This document shows positions 1 to 12,360 of a stretch of 64,000 nucleotides of DNA, in pieces (within the stretch, counting starts at the first letter, position 1; the number at the start of each line of letters is the position of its first letter). The position numbers and the translations under genes were made by a program. This DNA comes from Bryobacterales bacterium (GTDB lineage: Bacteria; Acidobacteriota; Terriglobia; Bryobacterales; UBA6623): positions 1,619,827 to 1,683,826 of the forward strand of contig OZ242366.1 in assembly GCA_965208945.1 (NCBI GenBank), written 5' to 3'. Below the pieces are notes generated by a model. The model was given only the letters and a program-made list of their open reading frames with translations, searched no databases and was not told the DNA's origin.

Positions 1-314
1 GCAGCGGCCAGCGCTTCTCTCAACAGCGGCAACCAGCCCCGGCGGGTTAACCGCCCTGCGGTCCGCCGTAGCACTACCAGGAGCTCACAGTTTGTCTGCT
101 TACTCCCGATTGATGGACAAAACGGTCGTACCGGCGTCACCGAATCCTGTTACTGTTCATGGCCCTCACAGGTCGGCGTACTTATGAGGAGCGGGACGTG
201 CGGACCCCATCATGGCCCGGAACCAGCGCGGTTCCACCTAGAGGTCGGATATATTGGCGCAGACCAACGTTCAGCAAGAAGGAATAGGTGGACATCCCGG
301 GAGCGAACCATATA

Positions 315-409
315 TTGAACAGTACGTTGAGCACGGCAAGCAAGCGCAACGAAGTCCTGGCGGTCGTATCGCGTGCTTCGACCGTTGGGTGGTGAGAAAT
401 GCAGGCTAG
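315..409 (+). repeat. R1 hairpin element, right half only (truncated at its centre)
   Basis: ttgaacagtacgttgagcacggcaagcaagcgcaacgaagtcctggcggtcgtatcgcgtgcttcgaccgt-gggtggtgagaaatgcaggctag matches the right arm of the full copies at 40136-40320 and 47096-47280. The left arm is absent. Confidence 0.85.
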
Positions 410-701
410 TCGCACGGTCATACGCAAAACGATCATCGTTGTCGGGCTGTCTGAACTTTTGCACCGCGATCGGTCCATACTGGAAGCGTTTGCTAATTCG
501 GAAACAGTCCAGGCTCCTCTGCGAAAATGTGCCAACAATGGATGGTGCAAGGCGAGGGGAATGCGATTGCAAGAGGATCGCCTCCCGTCTCGTCCGGGCG
601 ATGGTTCTGTCGGCCGGCCAGCCAGCAGATTCAGATATCGTTCGAACGGCTTCTGGCTTGAGCCATGCGGTTCTCACCGGGAGACGCTTGACGGAGAGAA
701 A

Positions 702-1871
702 GTGACCCAGCGGCGAAATAACGACAAACTTGCGATTACCCTTGGAGTCGAGGAGGAGTTCTTCCTTATCGATCCGGAGACCGGCGATTTGCTCCGCGAA
801 CCCGATGAGGGCATCTACGAGGCCTGCCAGAAAAGGACAGAACGGCACAAGTTCGTTCGCGAGTTTCTGCGGTCACAGATCGAAACGAACACTTGCGTCT
901 GCACGTCGGTCGAGGAATTAAGGTCGGCCATTTGCGAAACACGTCGGATTTTGGTCCAGACAGCCGAAGAGCACGACGCTTCAGTGCTGGCAACCTCCAC
1001 GCATCCGTTCGCTTCTTGGGAGACGCAGGTAGTCACTCCCGGTCAACGATACCGCGATTTCGTGATCGCGTTTCAGGAATCCTTGCGTCGGTTCCTCGTT
1101 GGCGGAATGCACATTCATGCCGGGTTCGGTAACAGGGATTCGCGAGTGCGCATCATGACCGCCCTCCGTCGTTACCTGCCGCTGCTCCATGCCCTCTCCG
1201 GCTCTTCTCCTTTCAACGAGGGTCGCTTGACAGGTTTCAAATCGTACAGGCTGAATCTGGTAGGCAATTTGCCACGAACAGGTCTGCCGAATGCCTTGGC
1301 CTCGTGGGACGAATACGATGACTTGGTGAACGACTACCTTCGAATGCGCTTCATACGGGACGGCAGTGAGTTGTGGTGGGACATCCGGCCGTCACGCTCC
1401 TTTCCAACGGTGGAATTGCGTATCTGCGACATCTGCACGCGCGTCGAAGACGCAATGTGCATCGTTGCCCTTTTCGCATCGCTTGTCCGGTACTTGCTTC
1501 GCCGGGACGAGGAGGGTGCTCTGCCACAGGACCCGCCCATCGAGATCATCGCCGAGAACCGCTGGCTTGCACAGAGGTACGGCGTGATGGCCTTCCTCGG
1601 CGACCCCGAGGAAGGCGGGCGAATGGACATCGATGATTACACGGCTCTGCTGATCGAAGAACTCGCAGACGATGCCCAAGCCCTCGGATGCCACGCCGAG
1701 CTGCGCCATGCCAAAGAAATCGTTCGAGAAGGGACTGGAGCGGACCGGCAGGTCGACCATTTCAGGCTGCGCCGGCTGGAAGGGGATACCGAAGCCGAGG
1801 CATTGCGCTCGGTCGTAAAGCTCGCGGCTGACGAGACGAAGGAAGGAATCGGGCTCGCCGAATTTGCATAA
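702..1871 (+). CDS. carboxylate-amine ligase, YbdK / glutamate-cysteine ligase 2 (GCS2) family
   Basis: ORF 399-1871 contains the family-typical N-terminal block ITLGVEEEFFLIDPETGDL and the later IHAGF...RICD blocks. The first 100 codons start at an ATG inside the R1 repeat and look non-coding. GTG 702 is preceded by ggagagaaa and leaves 12 aa before the conserved block. ATG 561 is an alternative start. Confidence 0.82.
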   Translation: MTQRRNNDKLAITLGVEEEFFLIDPETGDLLREPDEGIYEACQKRTERHKFVREFLRSQIETNTCVCTSVEELRSAICETRRILVQTAEEHDASVLATSTHPFASWETQVVTPGQRYRDFVIAFQESLRRFLVGGMHIHAGFGNRDSRVRIMTALRRYLPLLHALSGSSPFNEGRLTGFKSYRLNLVGNLPRTGLPNALASWDEYDDLVNDYLRMRFIRDGSELWWDIRPSRSFPTVELRICDICTRVEDAMCIVALFASLVRYLLRRDEEGALPQDPPIEIIAENRWLAQRYGVMAFLGDPEEGGRMDIDDYTALLIEELADDAQALGCHAELRHAKEIVREGTGADRQVDHFRLRRLEGDTEAEALRSVVKLAADETKEGIGLAEFA

Positions 1872-2256
1872 CGGCCGCGCGGCGGCACGGCTCGTCAATG
1901 TAGCGAATGCCACCAATGAGCTGAATCGAATCTTTTCGGAGGTGCGTACCGAACAACGATGTCGGCGATCACGCGCGCCCTTGTCACACCCCTGCTCCTT
2001 GTTCTCACATCGTCCAGCGGCTCGGCGGAGAGGAGCGAGTTTCGTGCTTCCGTCGGACCCCGAGGCCCCCGCGCAGAAAGTGACGCTCGACGCTCTACGG
2101 GCTAATGCGAAACCCAAGAAAGTCAACATTTTCCCGAACATGCAACGGAGAACTCACGCTCCAAGCATGTCGGCCTTTCGGCAATCGATAGGCCCGGTGT
2201 CGTACAGATTGGAATGTAAGCCTGCGAGGCAGGCTGAGGCTCGCTGTCCCTGTCAA

Positions 2257-4014
2257 CTATTTCCCGGACACAGGTTTCGCAACGACGGGTGGCCGCGGAA
2301 TATTACCCGGCGGGCGACGTACCGACACGTCTTCGAACAAGAGCGACGGGACGACCAGGGATGCCATGATCCCCGATCGGCGGGAAGGCATCGCGAAACC
2401 GAATGGGCCGAACGACGGGCTGCTATGCCGGAACAGGATGGTGTGGTTGGTAATAGCCTCGGACGCCGCGACGATATCTCGGAAGCTGCTCTCCGACAGC
2501 CCAGTCAGCACAGCCTCGCGAATGAGTTCCTCGCGGCCGTCTGGAAAGACCTTGACCGCGACCACCGCCCTGATCAACCGGCCTCCTCTTGAGCGGCCGC
2601 CCCGCCTTGCCTGGAACCGGCCCGCACCTGGTTCCTGGAGCCGTCTCACGACAATGCCGTACTCCAACTCCCTCTCTTCCAGCAAGGCGAGGAACTCTTC
2701 GGTCATCTCCTCTGCCGTCAGACCACTGCTGGACGTCAGGAGGAGGTTGGACGGGGCCGGGCCGCCAGCCCGCATATGGCCGTTGCTCTGAGGGATCCCC
2801 TCTATCGGATTGCGAGTCGCCAGCAGCGTCTTGAGCATGCCGCGTTGGACGAGCACCGTCTCGCGGGCGGGGACACCTTCGTCATCTACCGCGTAGCCTC
2901 CCCAAAGCAGGCCCTGCTCGTTTTCCCTGAGCGCCGGGTTGTCCATTATTGCCAGGAATCGTGGCAGGACTCGACTGCCAAGCTTGTCCTGGAACGGATT
3001 GGTCAAGCGGTCCCCTACCCGACGCGTCCGCTGGTCGTCCGTGATGGGAGCCTTCTGGACGAGCAGCCGTGGAACCAGAACTTGGCGCACCAGTTCCGCC
3101 GCAGCCTGCCCCTCGAACAGCACGGGCCCTGCGTAGCGTTCGAATACCATTGCCTGCCGAAGGTCCTCGAGCCGCCCGGCCAGCGCCTGGCCTTGCTCGG
3201 CCAGCTCATCAAGGCCAGGGAGGTCGGCCCAAATGCGGCCAAATGCGGTGAACGAGTCGGAAATCTCCGTTCCATCGTCAGCTCGTGTCCCTGCCATTAC
3301 GGTCACCATGGCAGTGGGATCATCGCGGATGAACGACGATCCCTCACTGTTCGCGTACTGGACGCGAACATGCCGCGCACGTGCATCGACCGAAGAGATG
3401 TGGATGTCCGGGTGCTCCCTGAATACAGCCGACATGTCGGTTGTGAGCGAGCGGATAGGGTCTGCCTCCGCAACGGGAAGAGCCGGGCCGCCTTCGTGCT
3501 TGTACGGATCCTCGATGCTGAAGTCCGGCGTTTCCTCGACGACGGTTTCGTTCTGGAGCACAGCGCGCTTCTTCGCGATCCGCTCGAGAGCGTCCTTGTA
3601 TGCGCGGTCCGTCGCCAGCCAGATCGCGCGACGGAGCTCTTCATAGTCGTCTTCCAGGGGCAGCAAAGCAGGACCGAAAGAAATATCCTCTAACGAGGTG
3701 AAGTCCGGTAGGGAGTAGAAGTTGGTGTTGTCAAGATCACGGTCCCCGACCCTGACCTCGACATGCAGGGTTCGGCTTGCACTCTCTCCACTTCTGGAGA
3801 GACCGCCCAAGGATGCTGTGGCGCCAATCGTTGTGACCTCCTGAACAGTGTACGAGACGAAGTACGGCTGTTCCAGTTCGCCCAGCCGCAGTTCGTTCAT
3901 GCTGCGAGACAATTCGTCCTTCATCGCCTGCATCATCACGCTGGGCTGCGCGATGGCCGGGAGCCATGCGATGCACAGCGATAAGAAAAGGGTGTAGATC
4001 CGCGTGCAGTTCAT
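2257..4014 (-). CDS. TldD/PmbA-family (peptidase U62) protein, PmbA-like partner, N-terminal signal peptide
   Basis: 585-aa ORF with signal-like N-terminus MNCTRIYTLFLSLCIAWLPAIAQP. Its C-terminal half resembles PmbA/TldD (GGYAVDDEG, GIPQSNGH...). It is translationally coupled to the upstream TldD-like gene by a 4-nt overlap at 4011-4014. Confidence 0.78.
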   Translation of the reverse strand: MNCTRIYTLFLSLCIAWLPAIAQPSVMMQAMKDELSRSMNELRLGELEQPYFVSYTVQEVTTIGATASLGGLSRSGESASRTLHVEVRVGDRDLDNTNFYSLPDFTSLEDISFGPALLPLEDDYEELRRAIWLATDRAYKDALERIAKKRAVLQNETVVEETPDFSIEDPYKHEGGPALPVAEADPIRSLTTDMSAVFREHPDIHISSVDARARHVRVQYANSEGSSFIRDDPTAMVTVMAGTRADDGTEISDSFTAFGRIWADLPGLDELAEQGQALAGRLEDLRQAMVFERYAGPVLFEGQAAAELVRQVLVPRLLVQKAPITDDQRTRRVGDRLTNPFQDKLGSRVLPRFLAIMDNPALRENEQGLLWGGYAVDDEGVPARETVLVQRGMLKTLLATRNPIEGIPQSNGHMRAGGPAPSNLLLTSSSGLTAEEMTEEFLALLEERELEYGIVVRRLQEPGAGRFQARRGGRSRGGRLIRAVVAVKVFPDGREELIREAVLTGLSESSFRDIVAASEAITNHTILFRHSSPSFGPFGFAMPSRRSGIMASLVVPSLLFEDVSVRRPPGNIPRPPVVAKPVSGK

Positions 4015-5726
4015 TGGAGGCCTCCCGGAGCGAACAGGTGCCCACTCTGCGCCAGGCCCGAGGGTGCTGGCAGAATAGGCGGGCGTTGCTGGGATTTCTC
4101 TTTTCGTTGCACTTCAATCTGGGAGACCAATATCGAAGGTGAGATCGCACTGACCGGGACGCCTCCGGATTCCGCACCGCAAACCCCGTTGAACGTGGCG
4201 CTTTCCTTCCCGCCTGCTGCGATCTTGCTGAATGTTGTGAGCGGTGTGCCGATCAGGTCGACTCCGCGCACGAGTTCCTCACGGCCGTCCAGGTAGATGC
4301 GGTACACCATGGTCGGGAGGACATTGAATGAATTCGGCCGGCGCCGGCCCGTGAATGTGAAGCCCCCCTGGATGGCGTCAAAGAGCAATCCGTACTCCTT
4401 GCCCTCGTCCCGCAACCGCTTTAGGAGCATTGTCTTGAGTTCGCTTTCCGACAGCGGCTTCTCCACTTCGACGAACAGGTTCGACTGCCTCGCAACAGCG
4501 GCGAACCCGGGTTGTTTCCTCCCGTGGCCGTTGGAACCGGAGAACCCCTCGATCGGTTTGCGAGACATGAGGAACCCCTGCAATAAGCCCTGGTCGATAA
4601 CCACCACCCGCTGACCTTTGACTCCCTCGTTGTCAAACCTGAAGGAGCCGGCGAGATCGGTCCCCCCGGCGTGGCGGATGGTCGGATCGAACACGACAGA
4701 GAAAGACTCGGGCAGCACCGATTCGCCAGTCATGTCCTTGAAGGTCTGGGCGTCGTCGGCCTCGCGCTGCCGGTGACCCTCGACACGGTGACCCAGGATT
4801 TCATGGAAAAAGACACCGCTGGCACGTCCGGAAAGAATGGCGGGCCCACTGTACGGTTCCGCAACCGGTGCGATTCTCAGGGCCTGGAGATCGGCGATAA
4901 CCTGTCTGACGGTTTCCATAACTGTCTCTTCGTCGGGCATGCCGTCATCGTTGAAAGCAAAGAACTGCTCATATCGGGGCAGGTTCATCCCATCTTCGGC
5001 CTTCGTCGAACCAAAAACGCCCAACCGGTACGACGTGCGAGAGGTTCTGATACTGGTCCCCTCGCTGTTGACGTACCATCGCGTCTCAGCCACGGTCGAG
5101 AAGCTCACTGAACCGGTGTAAATGTGATCGGCCTCGGCGAACGGCGCTGAGTACCGCTTGAGCTTTTCGGCCCACCCGGAGGCTTCTGTCGTGATGGACC
5201 GTGGCGTCTCCCTGAATTCCACTGCCTGCTGCGGGGAAAAGTCGGCAGCCCGGTTTTCTTCATCCACCTTGATCCGGACACTTGCTTCAACCCGGGAAAG
5301 CCGCTCGGTTGCTTGCCTGTATTTTCTGTCCGTCGCAAGCCAGAGGACGGTTTGTAGCGCTTCGGGGTCGGATACCGGTACCTGTGTTCGCGACCGTACC
5401 CGGAAGTCGAATCCCCTGCCGGTTGGATGAGTGTTGTCCAGGTCCTTGTCGCCCACACGAAGATCAATGTCAAGGACACGGTCCTCACTTCGCGAATTCT
5501 GAGAGACCGCACCGAACGAAGCAACTACCGAGGCTCGGTCCTGCTGTGTGATCTCGTAGCTGAGGAAGAAGAGCGGAGGGCTCTCTTCGGAAAGGACCTC
5601 TATGGAGCGATCAAGTTCCGCCGCCATTACGCCGAGCACGTCGACTGCGGCATCTGCGACCCTGATGAATGACAGGAAAGCGATTGTGCACAGCACGATC
5701 CTCTTGAATTGATTGGCGAACTTCAT
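4011..5726 (-). CDS. TldD-like zinc metallopeptidase, signal peptide
   Basis: Contains FHEILGHRVEGHR (HExxxH-type TldD motif) and GFSGSNGHGR. The start was moved to ATG 5726 (MKFANQFKRIVLCTIAFLSFIRVADA, a signal peptide) instead of ORF start 5816. Confidence 0.83.
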   Translation of the reverse strand: MKFANQFKRIVLCTIAFLSFIRVADAAVDVLGVMAAELDRSIEVLSEESPPLFFLSYEITQQDRASVVASFGAVSQNSRSEDRVLDIDLRVGDKDLDNTHPTGRGFDFRVRSRTQVPVSDPEALQTVLWLATDRKYRQATERLSRVEASVRIKVDEENRAADFSPQQAVEFRETPRSITTEASGWAEKLKRYSAPFAEADHIYTGSVSFSTVAETRWYVNSEGTSIRTSRTSYRLGVFGSTKAEDGMNLPRYEQFFAFNDDGMPDEETVMETVRQVIADLQALRIAPVAEPYSGPAILSGRASGVFFHEILGHRVEGHRQREADDAQTFKDMTGESVLPESFSVVFDPTIRHAGGTDLAGSFRFDNEGVKGQRVVVIDQGLLQGFLMSRKPIEGFSGSNGHGRKQPGFAAVARQSNLFVEVEKPLSESELKTMLLKRLRDEGKEYGLLFDAIQGGFTFTGRRRPNSFNVLPTMVYRIYLDGREELVRGVDLIGTPLTTFSKIAAGGKESATFNGVCGAESGGVPVSAISPSILVSQIEVQRKEKSQQRPPILPAPSGLAQSGHLFAPGGLQ

Positions 5727-5881
5727 TGGTTGGTTCCCGAGTACCATGGCGCTAAAGAAGGGCAGTGCGATGGCCGCCATTATCATAAGCGAGCCGTAGT
5801 CGAACTTCGTGGACACCTGAGTGGCATCGCCATGGGGAGTGGAAGGTACAAAGATCGAAACTATCCCGCCCCAGTTTCGTA

Positions 5882-6436
5882 TTGCATCAGGCGAGGTCGA
5901 TCGGTGTGTCTGACACCCTCAATTTCCTCGGCTGGGAGCGATTGGACAACCAATTGCATAGCCACAACCTGAACCAGGACAACCGAGGTCCTGCAGACGC
6001 CGTCATATCTCCAAACTGTCTGCCGATTCGTCAAACATCCATTGTCCGGCCGGCCTTATGGCGTAATGGACTCTGGGAAAGAGCCATCGAGCGGCACGAA
6101 GATCTGAAGTCGAAACACCGTGTGGGAACTTATGGGGCCACCATCGGCGAGAAGCGGTTGTTGGAGTTGACCGACATCATCGACTCTGCGGGTTTCATCC
6201 GAGCCGGAACTCTGGTTCTGTTGGCCGATGACACGCTTCTTACCGCCGGGTCACAATACAGCGAGTCGGCATTGCGCATCACCGCAGGTACGGGGTCCGC
6301 CGCCATCGTCACCCGTATCCGCCTGACGCCGCCAGGGAAAGACCAGCCCAAGGTGCTCTATTTCGACAGTGACGACGAACTACCTAGCGCAAACGGTAGT
6401 ACGCTCTTCGCCGAGCACACCGAAGAATGGCGCTGA
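5882..6436 (+). CDS. hypothetical protein (start uncertain; may begin at GTG 6122)
   Basis: 184-aa ORF in a lower-GC stretch. Only the C-terminal ~100 codons show the GC3-rich codon pattern of neighbouring genes. No recognisable family. Confidence 0.3.
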   Translation: MHQARSIGVSDTLNFLGWERLDNQLHSHNLNQDNRGPADAVISPNCLPIRQTSIVRPALWRNGLWERAIERHEDLKSKHRVGTYGATIGEKRLLELTDIIDSAGFIRAGTLVLLADDTLLTAGSQYSESALRITAGTGSAAIVTRIRLTPPGKDQPKVLYFDSDDELPSANGSTLFAEHTEEWR

Positions 6437-6511
6437 CGGAGGGGTTTCGTGACCCGGATCAAAACCCCGATCAACGGGGATTCCGAGATTGTTGGGAACA
6501 AAAGAGTCAAG

Positions 6512-6587
6512 TGGTGAGACGGCTGGGACTCGAACCCAGGACCCACGGCTTAAAAGGCCGTTGCTCTACCAACTGAGCTACCGTCCC
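6512..6587 (-). tRNA. tRNA-Lys (anticodon UUU), CCA encoded
   Basis: The reverse complement reads GGGACGG-TA-GCTC-AGTTGGTA-GAGC-A-ACGGC-CTTTTAA-GCCGT-GGGTC-CTGGG-TTCGAGT-CCCAG-CCGTCTC-ACCA. This is a full cloverleaf with a 7-bp acceptor stem (one G:U) and anticodon TTT. Confidence 0.95.
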
Positions 6588-6730
6588 GGCGTGGAAGACT
6601 CTTTCCTCAGATTACCACCGCCGCTTCGCCAACCGGAGTTGTTCCAGGCGCCATGGACAGATGACACCCCGCCGCCGACTGGAGAGAGCTTACGTCCCAT
6701 AAACGGGAACTATTCCCGCGTCCCGCCGTC

Positions 6731-9538
<2,808 letters not shown>

Positions 9539-9909
9539 AAACAGCGCCCTCCGGGGAGTTCCGCGGCTGGAAGGGAACTACGAGTTAATTATATGAGACG
9601 AGGCTGGTGGCGGGTCAAAGCAGGTTGTTACACGCTTTGAGCACCTCCCCATGCCGGGGCTAATGGTTTACAGATTGGTAATCGTTCCATTTGAAAGAAG
9701 AGTAAACAGATCGGCACAACCCCGGCAATCGATTGTACTCATGTCACGATGATGAGGAACCGCCATCCGAAGAGGCGCTCGAAATCGCTTTCTGTTGACA
9801 CAACTCTCAAGAATCGGGATTGCCTTCATGTACATAAGCACCAAGCCGCCGGATAAACGGCAGCTACAATAGTCGATCCCAGAAGGCGAGCCTGTCCTCT
9901 GTCCCGAGC

Positions 9910-11322
9910 ATGATCAATCCTGTAATCCTCAGCTTCCTTGCCTTCCTGATTGGATTCACTCTGATCGGGGCATACGCTTCCCGCCGCAAGACAAGCACTA
10001 CCGACGATTACCTGCTGGCAAGCCGCAGCATCGGTCCCTGGTTCACGGCGATGTCCGCCGTGTCAACCAACAACAGCGGCTTCATGTTCATCGGCCTGAT
10101 CGGAACGAGCTACACGATGGGGTTGTCTGCGATCTGGATCATGTTCGGGTGGATCTTCGGTGACTACCTGATGTGGTTTTGGATCCATCGGCGTCTGCGT
10201 GAGAAAAGCGAGGCAGATCATTTCCGCACGATTCCCTCGTTTCTTGGAGCGGCATTGCCGGGCCGTAGGAGCCTGGTTCGAGCCACGGCGGCAGTAGTTA
10301 CGATCACTTTTCTGGGAACGTATGCGGCGGCCCAACTCAACGCCGGCAGCAAGGCGCTGCATGTACTCTTCGGTTGGCCATACGCCGTGGGCGCGATCGT
10401 GGGTGCGGTGATCGTGGTGATCTACTGCTTCGCCGGCGGCATTCGCGCTTCCATTTGGACGGATGTCGCGCAATCGATCAACATGATCATCGCGATCTGG
10501 CTACTGTTCATTCTGGCCCTGTTGGAAGTCGGCGGATTAGGTGGGCTGTGGTCGAAACTGGAAGCGATCGACCCGCAACTGATCAGCCTGAGTCCGCCCG
10601 ATCCGCGCTTTGGTTTCGTGCTTTTCATCTTTGGTTGGTTCGGTGCGGGCATCGGAGTCGTCGGGCAGCCGCACATTATGGTCCGCATGATGTCGATCCG
10701 CTCAGGGCGGGACATCGCCAAGGCGCGGGACATCTATCTGGTTTGGTATTTGCTGTTTTCGTTTGCGTGCTACGGCATCGCGTTCGCCTGCCGCATCTTG
10801 ATACCCGATGTGGGCGCTTTCGATGCGGAATTGGCGCTGCCAACGCTGGCCTCTGCATACCTTCCCGGAGTGTTGGTAGGGCTGGTTCTCGCGGGTTTGT
10901 TCTCGGCGACGATGTCGACAGCGGATTCGCAGGTGCTGTCCTGTTCGGCGGCGCTGACTCAGGACTTGTTCTCTTCGTGGCGTGACTCGTACGCCAAATC
11001 GAAGTTCGCGACTCTGCTGGTGGCGGCGGTCGTGCTGGCCATAGCTCTGTTCGCCAGCCAAAACGTATTTGCGCTGGTCACGCTGTCCTGGTCGGCGTTG
11101 GGCGCTTCGCTCGGTCCGCTGCTCGTGGTGCGCGCCATGCAGTGGCGGATCAACACATCGGCAGCCGCGGGTATGATGGCGGTAGGGCTGGCGGGGGTAA
11201 TCGTCTGGGGCGGCGTTCTGGGGTATGGTGGCGACCTCTATGAGATCATCCCGGGAATGGCGCTCAGCATGGTTGCTTATCTGATCCTGCGGCCTGCTGC
11301 CGGCGCAGATTCATCCGCGTAG
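9910..11322 (+). CDS. sodium:solute symporter (SSF) family transporter
   Basis: 470-aa polytopic membrane protein with SSF-like blocks (FAGGIRASIWTDVAQS, MSTADSQVL). Confidence 0.88.
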   Translation: MINPVILSFLAFLIGFTLIGAYASRRKTSTTDDYLLASRSIGPWFTAMSAVSTNNSGFMFIGLIGTSYTMGLSAIWIMFGWIFGDYLMWFWIHRRLREKSEADHFRTIPSFLGAALPGRRSLVRATAAVVTITFLGTYAAAQLNAGSKALHVLFGWPYAVGAIVGAVIVVIYCFAGGIRASIWTDVAQSINMIIAIWLLFILALLEVGGLGGLWSKLEAIDPQLISLSPPDPRFGFVLFIFGWFGAGIGVVGQPHIMVRMMSIRSGRDIAKARDIYLVWYLLFSFACYGIAFACRILIPDVGAFDAELALPTLASAYLPGVLVGLVLAGLFSATMSTADSQVLSCSAALTQDLFSSWRDSYAKSKFATLLVAAVVLAIALFASQNVFALVTLSWSALGASLGPLLVVRAMQWRINTSAAAGMMAVGLAGVIVWGGVLGYGGDLYEIIPGMALSMVAYLILRPAAGADSSA

Positions 11323-12090
11323 TTCGAGCGAAACGGGGCAGTGGTCAGACCCCTCGACCTCGCTGAGGATCGTGCAGTCCTGAACCTCATCGACGAGGTC
11401 ATCGCTTACGAAGAAGTAGTCGATGCGCCAGCCGATATTCGCGGCGCGAGTGCTGAACAGGTAGCTCCACCAGGTGTAGTGGCCCGCACCGCCGTGAAAG
11501 AGGCGGAAGGCGTCGACGTAGCCGTGGGCTACGAACTGATCCAGACACTCACGCTCTACCGGCAGGAAGCCGGAGTTGTTGCGATTCTCCCGGGGGCGCG
11601 CGAGATCGATTTCCTTGTGGGCGGTGTTGTAATCGCCGGTGATGATCAGCCGTCTCCCTTGACGCCGCAACCGGTTGCAATAGTGCAGGAAAGTATCGTA
11701 GAAGTCGAGCTTGTATCCGAGCCGTTCGAGACCGCGCTGGCTGTTGGGAAAGTAGCAGTTGACAAGCGTGAAGGGCTCGAACTCGGTGATGAGCACGCGG
11801 CCCTCTTCGTCGAAGCGTTCGATGCCCAGCCCAGCAACAGGCTCGGCTTTGAGCGTGACCGGGCTATCGTTGCGGATCCAGGTGGCGACGCCGCTATACC
11901 CTTTTTTCCTGGCTGAGTGGAAGTGGGCATCGTAGCCGTCGGGGTCTTCGAGTTCGGGCGGGAGTTGCTGCGGATGCGCTTTTGTCTCTTGCATGCACAA
12001 GATGTCGGGCTTCTCTGCTTCGAGCCACGCGAGCAGACCTTTGCGGCCGACGGAGCGAAGGCCGTTGACGTTCCAGGTGATGATGCGCAT
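11311..12090 (-). CDS. xth: exodeoxyribonuclease III
   Basis: MRIITWNVNGLRS...CMQETK...SDHCPV is typical of ExoIII/AP endonuclease. The start was moved to ATG 12090; the 53-aa upstream extension of the ORF looks non-coding. Confidence 0.9.
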   Translation of the reverse strand: MRIITWNVNGLRSVGRKGLLAWLEAEKPDILCMQETKAHPQQLPPELEDPDGYDAHFHSARKKGYSGVATWIRNDSPVTLKAEPVAGLGIERFDEEGRVLITEFEPFTLVNCYFPNSQRGLERLGYKLDFYDTFLHYCNRLRRQGRRLIITGDYNTAHKEIDLARPRENRNNSGFLPVERECLDQFVAHGYVDAFRLFHGGAGHYTWWSYLFSTRAANIGWRIDYFFVSDDLVDEVQDCTILSEVEGSDHCPVSLELRG

Positions 12091-12360
12091 CCGGGAGCTT
12101 GAGCGATGGCGGGCGGGATGTTCCCTGAAAGAACCAGACTCCGCCCTTGATGTTCGCACACGGCAGGAGGCTCCGCCGCCGGATGTCGAGAGATGGGTCT
12201 CGATGTCTTCCCATGACCAAGCAGTAGCCCATAGGAACCTGGGACTCACTGTCGAAGGAGTGATTTTCCCAACAGGTCGAGGACTGGATCGAGAATGAAC
12301 CCGGCGGCGGAAGGCGGTCCACGCTACCGGTTTCCGGGGTAGCCTACCAGTTCATTGGGC

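Noticed and set aside
399-701. N-terminal 100 codons of ORF 399-1871, and likewise ORF 39630-39683, starting at an ATG (MQA...).
   Set aside because: The ATG belongs to the R1 right terminal repeat (gagaaATGcaggc). The extension is not protein-like, and better starts exist next to the conserved domains (702 and 39684). The situation differs at 60330, where no alternative start exists.
1864-2592. 242-aa ORF in the ybdK-like / pmbA-like intergenic region, running antisense into the PmbA-like gene.
   Set aside because: No motifs and Arg-rich. Its 3' half is antisense to a well-supported gene.
9539-9909. Promoter calls (TTGACA at about 9795, TACAAT at about 9868) in the lower-GC uvrA / symporter divergent region.
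   Set aside because: The -35 and -10 candidates are not paired at 16-18-bp spacing. Promoter consensus for this lineage is uncertain, so no confident call is possible.
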